DNA of 64,000 nucleotides from the NCBI RefSeq assembly GCF_009914755.1, contig NC_060942.1; one strand, 5' to 3'. The translations under genes were made by a program, and so were the position numbers. The DNA is from the human T2T-CHM13v2.0 reference genome, Homo sapiens. The notes beneath the pieces were generated by a model, which saw only the letters and a list, made by a program, of their open reading frames with translations, searched no databases and had not been told where the DNA came from. Shown here piece after piece: positions 29,087-43,040 of this stretch (positions are counted from its first letter, which is position 1; every line of letters starts with the position of its first letter).

Positions 29087-30510
29087 AAGAAAGCTTTATT
29101 GAGCTATGATTAAATATGTACAATTATTTCCATGTCAATGTATATAACTTGTTGAGTTTGGGGATGAGTATACATCTGTAAAACTATCACTAACATCAAG
29201 GCCATGTGCATATCCATCACCTTCCAAAGTTTTCTTCTGCTCCCTTTTATCATTATTATCTTTAGTGTTCTTATTGTACTTAATAGTATAATTAAGTATT
29301 ATTAAAAATACTTAACATAAGATGTACTTTCAGCAAATTTTAAGTATACAATACAGGATTGTTAGCTATAGGTTCTATACAGTATAGTACATCTTTAGAA
29401 CTTATTTACCTTGTGTAACTGAGACTCTACAGAAGATGTCTGAGATGTTGTATGTGCCCTTTGACCATCACATTTCCTCCCCTTTACCCTGGCAACCACC
29501 ATTCTACTCTCTGCTTCTATGAGTTTGACTATTTTAGATTCCCTGCATACGTAATATTAACAGTCTTTGTCTTTCTGTATCTGACTTATTTTACTTAGCA
29601 TAATATCCTCTAGGTCCATCCATATCATTGCAAATGACATAATTTCCTTCTTTATTAAAGGCTGAATCATATTTCTGCACGTGTGTGTGTGCTATTTTTC
29701 TTTCATTTATCTTCATTAATGGACATTTAGTTTGTTTCCATATCTTAGATATTGTAAATACTGTTGCAATGAACATGGGAGTACAGATATCTCTTCCAGA
29801 TCCTGATTTAAATTGCTTGGCTATTCACCTAAAAGTAGGGTGGTTGGATTATATGGCAGTCCTATGTTTAACTTTGATGAATTTCCCTAATGGCTTTCCA
29901 TAGTGGCTATACCAACTTACATTTCCACCAACAGTGTACAATATCTCTCTTTTCTCCACATTCTTCCCATACTTGTTACATTTTGTTTGTTTTTAATTAT
30001 ACCATCCTAAGAGGCATGAAGTGATATCTCATTGTGGTTTTGATTTCCATTTCCCTGATGATTAGTAATGCTGAGCCCTTTTTATATATCTGTTGGCCAT
30101 TTGTGTGTCTTTTTGGAGAAATGTCTGTTTAGGTTCTTTGTCCATTTTTTAGTTGAGTCTTTTATATTTTTGCTGTATAGTGTTTGAGTTTCTTATATAT
30201 TTTTAATATCAATCCCCTACCATATATATGATTTGCAACATGTGAAAGAATGAAATTTCACCCTTATAGTACACCATACACAAAAATCAATTCAAAATGA
30301 ATTAAATACTTAAATGAAAGACCTGACACCATAAATCTTCTAGAAGAAAATATAGGTAAAAATGTCCTTGATCTTGGCAATACATTTTTGAATAGGAGAC
30401 CAAAACCACATGCAACAAAACAATAAACAAACACATAGGATTACATCAAACTAAAAAAGCTTCTGCACAGCAAAGGAAAACAAAATTTAAAAAAAAACAG
30501 CCTACGTAAA
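29087..30510 (-). mobile_element. Old L1 (L1MA10/L1MB1-2-like) 3' element with inverted 5' segment
   Basis: 29087-30240 is an antisense L1 3'UTR plus ORF2 end; 30238-30510 is the adjacent upstream ORF2 segment in the opposite orientation. Confidence 0.8.
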
Positions 30511-30564
30511 GACTATTCTTTTGAAAACATGATATTGTTAACAACTGGACTCCCATAAGCAGAA

Positions 30565-30595
30565 ATACACACGCACACACACACACACACGCACA
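30565..30595 (+). repeat. (CA)n imperfect microsatellite
   Basis: acacacgcacacacacacacacacgcaca. Confidence 0.9.
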
Positions 30596-30661
30596 GAAGT
30601 ACCTTTGCCTTTCGCATTATATTCACAATTTACACAAAAATAACACAAAATCAGACATAGG

Positions 30662-30969
<308 letters not shown>

Positions 30970-31169
30970 CAGACATAGGTTTAAATGCAAGATATAAAAA
31001 TATGAAACAGTTTCAAGAAAATAAAGGATAAATCATTCATGAACTTGTTTGGGGCAAAGAGTTTTAACACATTCTAACAAAATAAATCATGTAATGAAAA
31101 TTGTGAATTTTATGAAAATTAAAATCTTGTAATTCATGAAAGGCATTGTTATGGCAATTAAAAGACAGA

Positions 31170-32880
31170 TTTCATATCTTGCACAGTGAAAACATTGCTG
31201 AGGGAAATTAAAGTGGCTCTACTAAGTGGAAAGGTATTCTAAGATGAGTGATTGGAAGGGTCTGTATTCTTAAGGTGACATCTTTCCCCAACGTATTCTA
31301 TAGATTCAATGCAACCCCTGTCAAATTTCCAATACTCATTTTGCAAAAATTGATAAGCTGATCCTAAAATTTATGTGGAAAGGCATGGGTCCGTAATAGC
31401 TAAAACAGTTCTGAAAAAGAATAAAGTTGGACAATTTGCATTTCCTAACTTCAAAACTTTCTGAAAAGTTAGTGTAATCAAGTGAGTGCAGAACTGGCTT
31501 AAATATAGAATTATACATCTATGAAATTGAGACTCTGGAAATAAACCCTTACTTTTATAGTCTATTGATTTTCATCAAAGATGTGAAGTTGTCAAGGCAA
31601 TTCAACAGAAAAAAATTAGGGTGTTTTATTTTTATTTTTGTTGTTTGTCTTTTTAACCAATAGTGATGGAATAATTAGATATCCACATGCAAAAAGATTA
31701 ATTTTAACATTTACCTTACTCTACACATAAAATAAACTCAAAATAAATCATAGGTACAAATATAAGGACTAAACTATAAAAATTTTTAAAAATACAGAAG
31801 AAAAAAATTCATGATCTTGATTTAGGAAGAGGTTTCTCACATACAACATCAAAGACACAATTCATGAAAGAAAAACATCAATACTTTGGACTTCATCAAA
31901 ATTAAATACTTTTGTGTTTTGAAACACATCATTAAGAAAATGAAAAGACAACCCATAGACTGGTAGAACACATTTACAAATTTCATTTCTGATAAAGCAC
32001 AGGTATTCATAATTAGAGAACCCAAAAAACTCAATAATCAGAAGACAAACAACTCAACTACAAATAGTTAAAATATTTGAATAGATATTTCTCCAAAGAA
32101 GTTATAGGAATGGCCAATAAGTGCATGAATAGATACTTATTGTCATTAGTTATTATGAAAATGTATATTAAAACCAAAGTGAGATAACACTCAAATGCTT
32201 AATTAAAAAAATATAGAGACGGTTCAAGTGTTAGTAACGATGTGGAGAAAGGGAAACACCCATACTTCACTGGTTTGGATGTAAAATGGTACAACCTTTT
32301 TCAAAAATAGTTTGGCAGCTCTAGAAAACTTTAAACGTGGAGTTACCGCACACACAACAATTCTGTTCCTAAGTATCTACCAAAGAGAAATGAAACGTTT
32401 CTATTCTGATTTTTCATGTGAGTGTTCATAGCAGCATTATTCATGGTATCCCCAAAGCAAAACAATCCAAATGTCCATCAACCAGAAAATGAAAAAAGAA
32501 ATACAGGTTATTACAATGGGATATTATTTGGCAGTTAAAACAGAATAAAGTGCTGATACATGCCACATAAATGAATCTCAAAAACATTATCCTAAGTGAA
32601 AGAATCCAGATGCAAAAGGCACATTGTACGATTCAATTTGTATGAAATGTCCAGAATAGGCAAATCTGCAGAAACAGAAAGTAGCTTTGTGGTCATTTGG
32701 GTATAGCAGTGAAAATGAAAATTAACTGTAAACGGTTTTAGAGATATATTGGGATGATGAAAATGTTCTAAAAGTAGATGTAGTCACAGTTGTACAATTA
32801 TGGAAATTTGTTAAAATCCAGTAAATTGTAAAATTATGATGAATTTTATGGTAAGTGATACCTCAACAATTATGTTAAAG
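31170..32880 (+). mobile_element. Separate old L1 (L1MB/ME-type) ORF2 end plus 3'UTR
   Basis: Restarts at aaaacattgctgagggaaattaaag and runs through aaatgtccagaataggcaaatct to gatacctcaacaa plus A-rich end. Confidence 0.8.
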
Positions 32881-32888
32881 AAAAGGCC

Positions 32889-33212
<324 letters not shown>

Positions 33213-33219
33213 CAGAAAA

Positions 33220-33397
33220 GGCCAGATGTTGTGGTTCATGTCTGTAATCCCAGCTAGTTGGGAGGCTGAGGCAGGAGGATAACTTGAGCACAAGAGTTTG
33301 AGATTACAGTGAGCTATAATCATGCCACAGTACTCCAGCCTGGTTGACAGAGGAGAACCTGTCTCTAAATTAAATTAAATTAAATTAAATTAAAATT
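33220..33397 (+). mobile_element. Alu monomer (FRAM/FAM-like) with (AAATT)n tail
   Basis: Single right-arm-type monomer: aggataacttgagc...cagtgagctataatcatgccac. Confidence 0.8.
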
Positions 33398-33842
33398 ATG
33401 TAAAAAATCTAGCTACCAACTGTAAGAAAATATTTGCTTTATATATCTGATAAAAGATTTGTATGCAGAATATGGAAATAACTTCCAGACTCATAAATAA
33501 GAAAACAACACTATTGATAAACAGGCTGAAGGCTTTAGCAGACAATCCACAAAAGAAGATATACATATGGGAAATAAAGACATGAAGATAATATCGTAAG
33601 ATGATACTGTTAATCATTAGGGAAGTACAAATTAAAGCAATTAAGAGATGTCACCACATATCTATTAGAATGGCTTCAATAAAAGTTACCAACATTACCA
33701 CATTTTGGTGAGGATGTGGAATGACTAAGAGGCTCATTCATTGCTGGTTAGAAAGCAACATTCTAGAAAACTCTTTAGTAGTATTTTATAAAGTTAAACA
33801 CACTTTATGACCTAGTAATTCCACTCCTGGGCATTTACCCTA

Positions 33843-34162
<320 letters not shown>

Positions 34163-34387
34163 CTAAAACCTGTACCTGCATTATTCATAACAGCATTATT
34201 TTTAATTGCCAAAAACTTGTAACAGCTGAATGCCCTTTAAATAGTGAATAGCTAAGCAAACTGGGAAACACCCATACAGTGGAATACTACTCAGTAATTA
34301 AAATAGAATAAGCTATTTACATGTGCACCAATTTGGATTCATCTAAAATGCATTATGCTGGTTGGATAAAAAAATGTCTCAAAAGGT

Positions 34388-34501
34388 TATGTACTACATG
34401 ATTGCATTTATATGACAATCCTTAAAAAAATTTCTTTTTCTTGGTATGTACTAGATGATTGCATTTATATGAGAATCCTTTAAAAAAATTCTTTTTCTTG
34501 G
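34388..34501 (+). repeat. 57-bp tandem duplication (2 copies)
   Basis: tatgtacta(c/g)atgattgcatttatatga(c/g)aatcctt...tctttttcttgg at 34388-34444 and 34445-34501. Confidence 0.95.
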
Positions 34502-34646
34502 AGACTGGGTCTTGCTGTGTCACCCACACTGGAGTCCAATGAGTGATCATAGCTCACTGAAGTCTCAAACTCCTGGGCTCAAGCCATCCTCGTGCTTCAG
34601 CCTTCTGAGTAGTTGGGACTACAGGTATAAACCACTGTGAGTGGCT
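34488..34646 (-). mobile_element. Alu monomer (FRAM/AluJ arm)
   Basis: gagactgggtcttgctgtgtcaccc...gatcatagctcactg...gggctcaagccatcctc. Confidence 0.8.
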
Positions 34647-34706
34647 CTATAATCTCCTTGAAAATACAAAGATATGGAGATGCAGAACACATCTATAGTT
34701 GCCAGG

Positions 34707-35038
34707 TGATATGGTTTAGCTCTGTGTCCCCACCCAAATCTCATATCAAATTATAATTCGACAGATTTCCCCCTTGCTGTTCTCATGATAGTGAGTGAGT
34801 TCTTATGAGATCTGATTGTTTAAAAGTGTATTGCACTTCTCCCTTTGCTCTCTCTCTCCTGCTCTGCCATGGTAAGATGTGATTGCCTCCCCTTCCACCA
34901 TGATTGTAAGTTTCCTGAGGCCTCCCAGCCATGCTTTCTGTACGGCCGGTGGAACTGTGAGTCAATTAAACCTTTTTTCTTCATAAATTACCCAGTCTCA
35001 GGTAGTTATTTATAGTAGTGTGAGAATGGACTAATACA
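34707..35038 (+). mobile_element. MSTA/THE1D-like MaLR solo LTR; TSD ccagg
   Basis: tgatatggtttagctctgtgtccccacccaaatctc...gagaatggactaataca; ccagg at 34702-34706 and 35039-35043. Confidence 0.93.
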
Positions 35039-35421
35039 CCAGGGATAGGGAGAATGACTACAAAAGGACAACGCCAGGAAGTTTTTTGACTTGATGGAAC
35101 TATTGCATATACCTATTGTGGTTGTTATAATGTATGTATTTATACTGAGAACTGTACACCAAAAAGTCAATTTTACTGTATATGAATTGAAAACATATAG
35201 TAAAAATAATGTGGAAAGTAGATCATCATGGTACACATGATAATTGTGATAAGGGGATAAATAAGATGCTCTGAGGCCCAAAGTGTAACTCTGTGACTGT
35301 CCATTTAGATATTTGAGAGGGGATATTGTATAAATAAATGGGAAGTTTTAACTTGAATGAAGCCTATACTTACTAGTCTGTCTTCCATAGAAAAATTCAC
35401 TTTCCTTCTCTGGCAATAAAT

Positions 35422-35483
35422 TTCCTTGAATATAAGGAAATATGTTTTCTTTATATTCATTATATTTCCTTATATTCAAGGAA
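35422..35483. repeat. Perfect 22-bp inverted repeat with 18-nt spacer
   Basis: ttccttgaatataaggaaatat (35422-35443) and atatttccttatattcaaggaa (35462-35483). Confidence 0.95.
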
Positions 35484-36239
35484 GTACCTGAATATTCTTG
35501 GGGAATATCTTTTCCTGGGGGAATTCAGGAGAAAAAAAAACATGTCCAGCTCTGATCTTCTCTGGTAATATAACTTTACTCTTAATCTAGATCAAGGATA
35601 GGGCCATTCACACTGGGTGCTGGTATTCACACAATGCAAATATCTCTGTTTTCATTTTTTCTCTAATGCCTATTTTAATGTCCAGTTAAAACAGACACTT
35701 GGCAACACCAACCTTCAGAGCCCGTTCTCCTCTTCTTTGTTACTAGTAAAGACTTCATAATCTAGACCTGTTATTTACTAACAATTTCTTAATCCCATGT
35801 ACCCTACATAAAAACGTAAACAAAATTAAACACTGTATATTGCATTTAAACTCTTTAATATCCTTTCAGAGTTCTGACTAATATGATAAATTAAGATATG
35901 CAGATAATTTAATGACTGGCCCTGGCTTTTCACGCCACAGAGATAGTATGCCTAATAGGCTGAAGGATTGTAATCCAGATGCATCTGATACTCCCAACTT
36001 GGAAGAATATGCCAAACATCATTAGTCATTTGTTGGTCAGGAGCAAGGGTTTCCAGTAGGTTTTCCTGATGAAAGTGCCTTATGAAATAACTTCAACACT
36101 CACAAAGATTATTTTGGCTTTTGTGTGGAATTCCCTCTTTGCTCAAATTTTCACAAACTTAGGTTTTCATTTTTTTTTCTAATGCCTATTTTAACTTACA
36201 GTTAAAACAAACACTCACACTTATATTCACTTGGAACCC

Positions 36240-36360
36240 TTATGACATAGACTGTAATCTCCCTTAGGGCAACGAGCATGGCTATTTTATATCAGCACAT
36301 ATTCTGTGTTGTTTCAAAGTAGCTAGTTAGTAAATATTTGTTGAATACATGAGTGAATGG
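36240..36360 (+). mobile_element. L2 3' end
   Basis: tagactgtaatctcccttagggca...agtaaatatttgttgaatacatgagtgaatg. Confidence 0.7.
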
Positions 36361-37734
36361 GTAGTTGCAAGGCAGCTCTTTTAGGAGCCCATGTCCCACC
36401 AATTATTACTGTCCAGACTAATCTCTATCTTCTGTTCCCTCTACTGCACTGAGAAGCTGTGTATCTGATTTGACATTTAATTGCACTATACTGCAACCTG
36501 TGTGTCTGAGAGCCTTAGTTTTCACAATGGAGTTATACATTATTTGAAGGCCGAGAATTTGACATAACACTCCTCCTTTGCCTTTTATAACCTTCTTATT
36601 AGTCTACTACAACCTGTGAATAAAAAGACAACCCTGTGCCTCATTAGGCGATGGATAGAAGAATGCCAGCCCAATGCCCCTGTGATCCAGCATCACTGTA
36701 AAAATGTGACCCCTCCCATTTTAATTGTATGCATGGATACTGGTAACTAGTCTTGGCCCTGATCCCTATAACGAAGCCTGAACTTTGAATTCTAATTTCA
36801 GCAACCAAACTCCTATTTGGACTGACCAGGGTGACCATTATTCCATTCATGGTGTACTTCTACTTGTTAGGCACCCATAACATCTGCTGGTTATTCTCAT
36901 TGAGGCCTTCCACTCAGGATATCAGCTCCTTATCCTCCTGAATTTTCCTCCAGTCTCCTGTATCTCGGAACCCCCTTAACCTTTCATGTTCCTCTGTCTG
37001 ATCAAGAGAAATCTATTGCTCCCTCAGTCTGGCAGATCATCAAATTCCTAAGTTAGACCCTCCTCTTGTGTCTTTCACAGCTCTTATAAGAGGACTAGAT
37101 GCATGGTAGTCCTAATTACAATACTTGTTGCTGGAGAATTACTATTTTTAAACTCGACATTTGTCTTTGCTTTTTTCTTTTGTCTTCAAAAGTCTTCAAA
37201 TAAACCAGCAAAATTCAGAGACCCCATCCTCTTCCTTCAGCAGTCATGTGTTTCAGGGTCATTTCCAGGGCAAGCGAGACGTCCTAAAATCTAGAAGTAT
37301 GAGTGCCAAAGAACACAAAATGGAAAGACATATATGCAAGCTAGAGAGTGAGTTCTGCAGCTCAAAATGATGTCTTTGAATTCTGCAAAAAAAAAAAAAA
37401 AAAGAAAAAGAAAAAGAAAAAACACACCACTCTGACCCTGAAGCAACAATTTTCTCTCCAACATAAAGAGTTCTGTGATTAGAATTGTCCTGATTTGCTG
37501 AAAATACCTTTTTCAAAAGATTTTGGCGTGCCTCATATTTAAGCATTATTCATGTTAGCAGAGAAATTAAATTCCTCAAATCCTGTTTAAGTCTGGGGAT
37601 GGGGAAAAGGAGAGAAGGGGGATTTACTCACTGATGCTAAAGTAGAAAACAGAGCATGACTTGCAGCTGTTCAGCTCTGTCTTAAATGAGAAAACAAACC
37701 TCCTAACCAGCCACTACCAAACACCTTTCACTTG

Positions 37735-37748
37735 GTTCCCATGGCAAC
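37735..37748. promoter_or_regulatory. RFX X-box motif
   Basis: GTTCCCATGGCAAC matches the GTTNCCATGGNAAC RFX consensus; function untested. Confidence 0.5.
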
Positions 37749-38937
37749 ACCTTTATCCTCTGGTGCCCAGGATGTCTCTAATGCCTCTGACTAGTTGGAT
37801 TCATTGGCACCTGCTCCTCTTGCCAGCTCTTGTCAAAACTTATTAGAATGAGAATTTTTTTCGATAGCACTAGTGAGAGAAGAAAGCAAACACATTTAGT
37901 TCACCCAAGATCTCTTTCAACTCTCAGTCAAGCCAGGATCTTAGACTTCCTAAGAAGGAGGGTACTCGCCTGGGCTCACTGTGTCCTCCTGCGGACATGC
38001 TCATACTGACATGCGTGCTGAAGCAGTGACCCAGCAGGGCGTGCCCCTCTGAAAAGCTGTCATTGCCCGGGCCTTTTGTTCTATTCGATGATACATAGAT
38101 TTCTGATGCTTTGCAAGGGAAGGAAAGAGTTAGTCCAAGGAGCAGGTGTTCTGGTCCTTGAGGTACCATCAGCCAATGGGAGCAGCCGCTGGTGATGTAA
38201 TGCTCTTAACTCCTCCAGCCTTGAGGACTTGAGGGTGGGGATTTGTGGGGGTTTGAATTTTCTCTGGCCTATATTGAACTAGATTTTTCTCTCCAGCTAT
38301 TTATGTCCTGTCACTTAAAGTTTAGGTTTTCTTAAGAATACGAGGATGCCGCTTTTAAGACAGGATTCAGAGCAGAGCCAGACAAGCCGGATAAAACAGC
38401 AAGTGTGACAGCAAACTTTTTGCCTATAATCCAGTGTTGTGGTTTTATGTAGCTTCCTGAGAGTTTCAAGTGATTCCTCTCCTCTGTCAACCTAAGCTGA
38501 CCCCAACTGGAAGCAGCATAGATTCCTTGACATGTCTCCATCCTTTCATCTCGTCAGTTCAGCCCACAATCACCTGTTAATATCTCCGAGGCTGACATGG
38601 AGCCCGATCATTCCAGAGTTCTAGAGTGACCAATAATCCTAGTTTTCCCAGGACTGAAAGTTTCCCCCCAAAAAAACACTTCCAGTACTAAACCCAGAAA
38701 CTTTCACACAAACCAGTTCAATTAGTAACCCAAAGTAGAGCATATAACAAATGTTTGAGGGGAAAAAAATGAAGATGTTAGAATAAACTTTATTTAATAG
38801 AAAAATTCAGGGTGGAACAAAGACATGTAGTGCCCTCTGAGGCTAATGATTTGGTTCCTTTCAAAACCTATGATTGCAAATATGTGTTCGATATTCGTTT
38901 CCTGGCGATAGAAACAAACTGACTTTCTGTTCATTGA

Positions 38938-39253
<316 letters not shown>

Positions 39254-39626
39254 ATGTATATCTCTTTTTAAAGATTTGTAGTTCTTACAGTTACTGCCCT
39301 CTTGTCTTTTGATTTGCACTATCTAAAGTAAATTTTAACTTTGAAAATTAGTGAATACTGGTTAATTTACTGAAGATTTCATTGGGCAAATAGAAAAAGA
39401 GGTTTACATTGCATTTCATTGAAAAATAAAATTAGACATAAAATATTGCCTGAGTTTCTTTTCTTGCTCATGGAGTGACTAGGTCTCTTGTACTCTTCTT
39501 TCCAGAGATTATCAGGATTGCCACCTGCCTAAGATTAGTACACTCATTTCTCTTTTACTTGTTTGAAATAATTAGCTTTTTCATTGCTTCCTTCCCCAAA
39601 CTTATGTAACCACACACACTAAGTAT

Positions 39627-39664
39627 ATTTAAGAATGTGAAAGACATTTAAGCATGTGAAAGAC
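39627..39664 (+). repeat. 19-bp tandem duplication
   Basis: atttaag(a/c)atgtgaaagac x2. Confidence 0.85.
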
Positions 39665-39778
39665 ATTCAGGATGTAGATTTTGTTTGTACTCAGTAAACG
39701 TAAGATCTGCCAGTAGCTAGGACTCAACACTTTTAGAAGAAATGCATGGAATTACTTCAGGATAATAGCATGTTCCTT

Positions 39779-39898
39779 GCCGGGCACAGTGGAGTGTGCC
39801 TGTAGTCCCAGCTACTTGAGAGGCTGAAACAGGAGGATTGTTTGAGCCCAAGAGTTGGAGGCCATCCAGGCAACACAGGGAGACATCATCTAAAAAAA
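39779..39898 (+). mobile_element. FLAM (left Alu monomer)
   Basis: gccgggcacagtggagtgtgcctgtagtcccagctac...gagcccaagagtt...atctaaaaaaa; degenerate TSD atag....ttcctt. Confidence 0.8.
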
Positions 39899-40542
39899 CA
39901 TAGTGTATTCCTTGATTGAACAGTAGTAGGAACAATTTATATCTACTTCCACCTCCCCCAGCCACACACACACAAACTTGTATCTAGAAACCTGAACTAA
40001 CTAGCCACATAGTTCCTATTTATCCCAGTCATGACTGAATGCACTACCATAGGTGATCCAGGCAGCTGGCTGTTTGTCTCTCTCCAATAACTGGGTCTGA
40101 GCAGGTCCTTTATTCTCAGAGAACTTATAATTTGCTCTGGAGTCAGTGCACATATATGTTGTGGCTGAAGGATTGTACATGTTGATATGTGGACTTAACA
40201 TGAGCAGTAGCAATAATGATGCCACTTAATGGAATGTCTGATGTAAATGAGAAGATTACAGAGGGCTCTAGAGGTAAGAGAATTCATGGAAGATGACAAA
40301 CTAAAACAAAGCCTTCTCAATTTTCAAAGCTCAGTTAAACTTTGTAAAAGTCATTAAGCTGTACACTAATAATACACTAATAATATATCTATTCTTCTGT
40401 GTATATGCCATACTTTAATAGTTAAAAAACTTTGTACATATTAAAAAATTTAAATGATATAATTTTACAATATACTTATTACAATAAGCAGCAGTCCTTT
40501 GCTCCACACCAATTCCACTTTTATTTTAGTTATTACTCTCTC

Positions 40543-40827
40543 TTTTTTTTCCAGACAGGGTCTTGCTCTGCTACCCAGCTTGGAGTGCAGTGGTGCAATC
40601 ACAGCTCACTACAGCCTTGACCTCCTGGGCTCAAGCCATTCTCCCACCTCAGCTTCCCTGGTAGCTGGGTCTACAGGTGCACACCTGGCTAATTGTATTA
40701 TTTTTTTGTAGAGACGGGGGTCTTACTATGGCGCCCAGGCTGGTCTTGAACTCCTGGCCTCAAGTGATCCTCCCCACTTGTCCTCTCAAATTGTTGGGAT
40801 TACAAGCACGAGCCACTGCACCTAGCC
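40543..40827 (-). mobile_element. AluJ
   Basis: cacagctcactacagccttgacctcctgggctcaag diagnostics; flanks tagttatt. Confidence 0.9.
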
Positions 40828-40964
40828 TAGTTATTTCTTTAGCTGTTTAATACTGTGTTCCTAAATAACACTTTATAATCTTATATCCTAATTTTGAAAA
40901 TTACTTTCTCCTGACTTCCTACCTTATAATGTCAAGATTTATCGCTCAAACCACCACAATCATG

Positions 40965-40966
<2 letters not shown>

Positions 40967-41002
<36 letters not shown>
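40967..41002 (+). repeat. (CA)n microsatellite, ~18 units
   Basis: Perfect ac repeat. Confidence 0.97.
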
Positions 41003-41004
<2 letters not shown>

Positions 41005-41823
41005 TTGTCTTTTTTGGGTGCCATATTTTCTTCCTTGAGTAAACAGTTGTGATGTTTTTAATTTTTTTTATTATCATTCATCTGTGCCTGAACTCTCTCA
41101 GAAATATGAAACATCTTTAAATTCAGTCTCATCGGGAGTAATTTGTCAAATAAAAAGGCAGCACCACATGTTCCTTAGGAACTTCCTTTCCGGAACCCAG
41201 TGTTAAACTGATGCGCTCTGAAATGACTGTTTTGTGGACCAGCCTCACAGTTCTTCCTGAAATCCCTGTCATTACTACCCTCAGAATATTCTCCTTAGTT
41301 GGGAAGAAATTGGAATCTTGATAACATCCAGACTTCTAAATTATAAAAATGGTATAATCTACAATGATTTAGGTTTTATGTACAAATGATTTTCTCACAT
41401 TAGTGTTTTATAGTTTTCAGCATCCAGATATTTCATATACTTCATAATACTTATACCTAATATTTTATAGCTCATGATTTTTGGAGCTGTAATGAATGGT
41501 CTTGTTCAATTAGTTTTAAGTCTTAATTGTTCATTGCTAGTATATAAAAATGAAATAGACTTTTCTGCATTGACTTTGGAACCCATGACCTTGCTAAGCT
41601 CAGTTATTTGTTTTATTAGCTTCTTGTATGTCTTTAAGAATTTCCTAAGATTCTAAATATATATGTTTTGTTTTGCTTTTTTTCAATCTATAAGACAATG
41701 ATTTTTCTTCCTTTCTTATTAAGCTGGTTAGGACTTCCAGTAGGATGTTTAACAAGAGTGATAAGAACAGTAATGAACATTTTATCTCCTTCCTAGTCTT
41801 AGGTGACAAGAGTTCAGTCTCTT

Positions 41824-42125
41824 GGCGGGGCACTGTGGCTCACAACTGTAATCCCAGCACTTTGGGAGGCTGAGGCGGGTGGATCACGAGGTCAGGAGAT
41901 TGAGACCATCCTGGCCAACGTGGTAAAACCCTATCTTTACTAAAAACACAAAAATTAGCTGGACATGGTGGTGGGTGCCTGTAATCCCAGCTACTCGGGA
42001 GGCTCAGGCGGGAGGATCACTTGAACCAGGAGGTGGAGGTTGCAGTGAGCCAACATCATGCCACTGCACTCTAGCCTGGCTACAGAGCAAGACTCCGTCT
42101 CAAAAAAAAAAAAAAAAAAAAAAAA
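41824..42125 (+). mobile_element. AluSc-like; TSD aagagttcagtctct
   Basis: gatcacgaggtcaggagattgagaccatcctggcc; 15-bp direct repeats at 41808-41822 and 42124-42138. Confidence 0.95.
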
Positions 42126-42674
42126 GAGTTCAGTCTCTCACCATTAAGTATGATCCCACTGTTTTGTTTTGCTTAGGTGTCATGTATTACCTTATTTTTC
42201 ACTTTGAGGACATTATTTAAAATAGTTTCTTTGATATTTTTTCCATTTTTTTGTGTTCTCTTCCTAAAGCTCTAAATAGTTAAATACAGACTCTCTAGTA
42301 TTAGTTATCTTTTTTGTTGTTTCTTTTCAACAGCTTTATTGAGATGTAATTTTAAAACATAAAATTCACACATTTTATGTTTAATGATGTTTGCTAAATT
42401 TACAGAGTTTTACAACCATCATCATAATTCAATATTAGAACATTTTCATCATACCAAAGAGAACCTTCATACTCCATTGCAGTCAATCTTGATTCCCACT
42501 CCTGGATTCAGTCAACTACTACATGAATATCTAATAGTATCAGCACAATTGATGGAAAAGATAAATATCTTTTTCCCTATTGAACTATTGGATCATTTTT
42601 GTCAAAAACCAATTGATCTTCCAGAGTTTAGAGTACATAAATAATTATTATTTATGTACTTATCATTTGCATAA

Positions 42675-43040
<366 letters not shown>

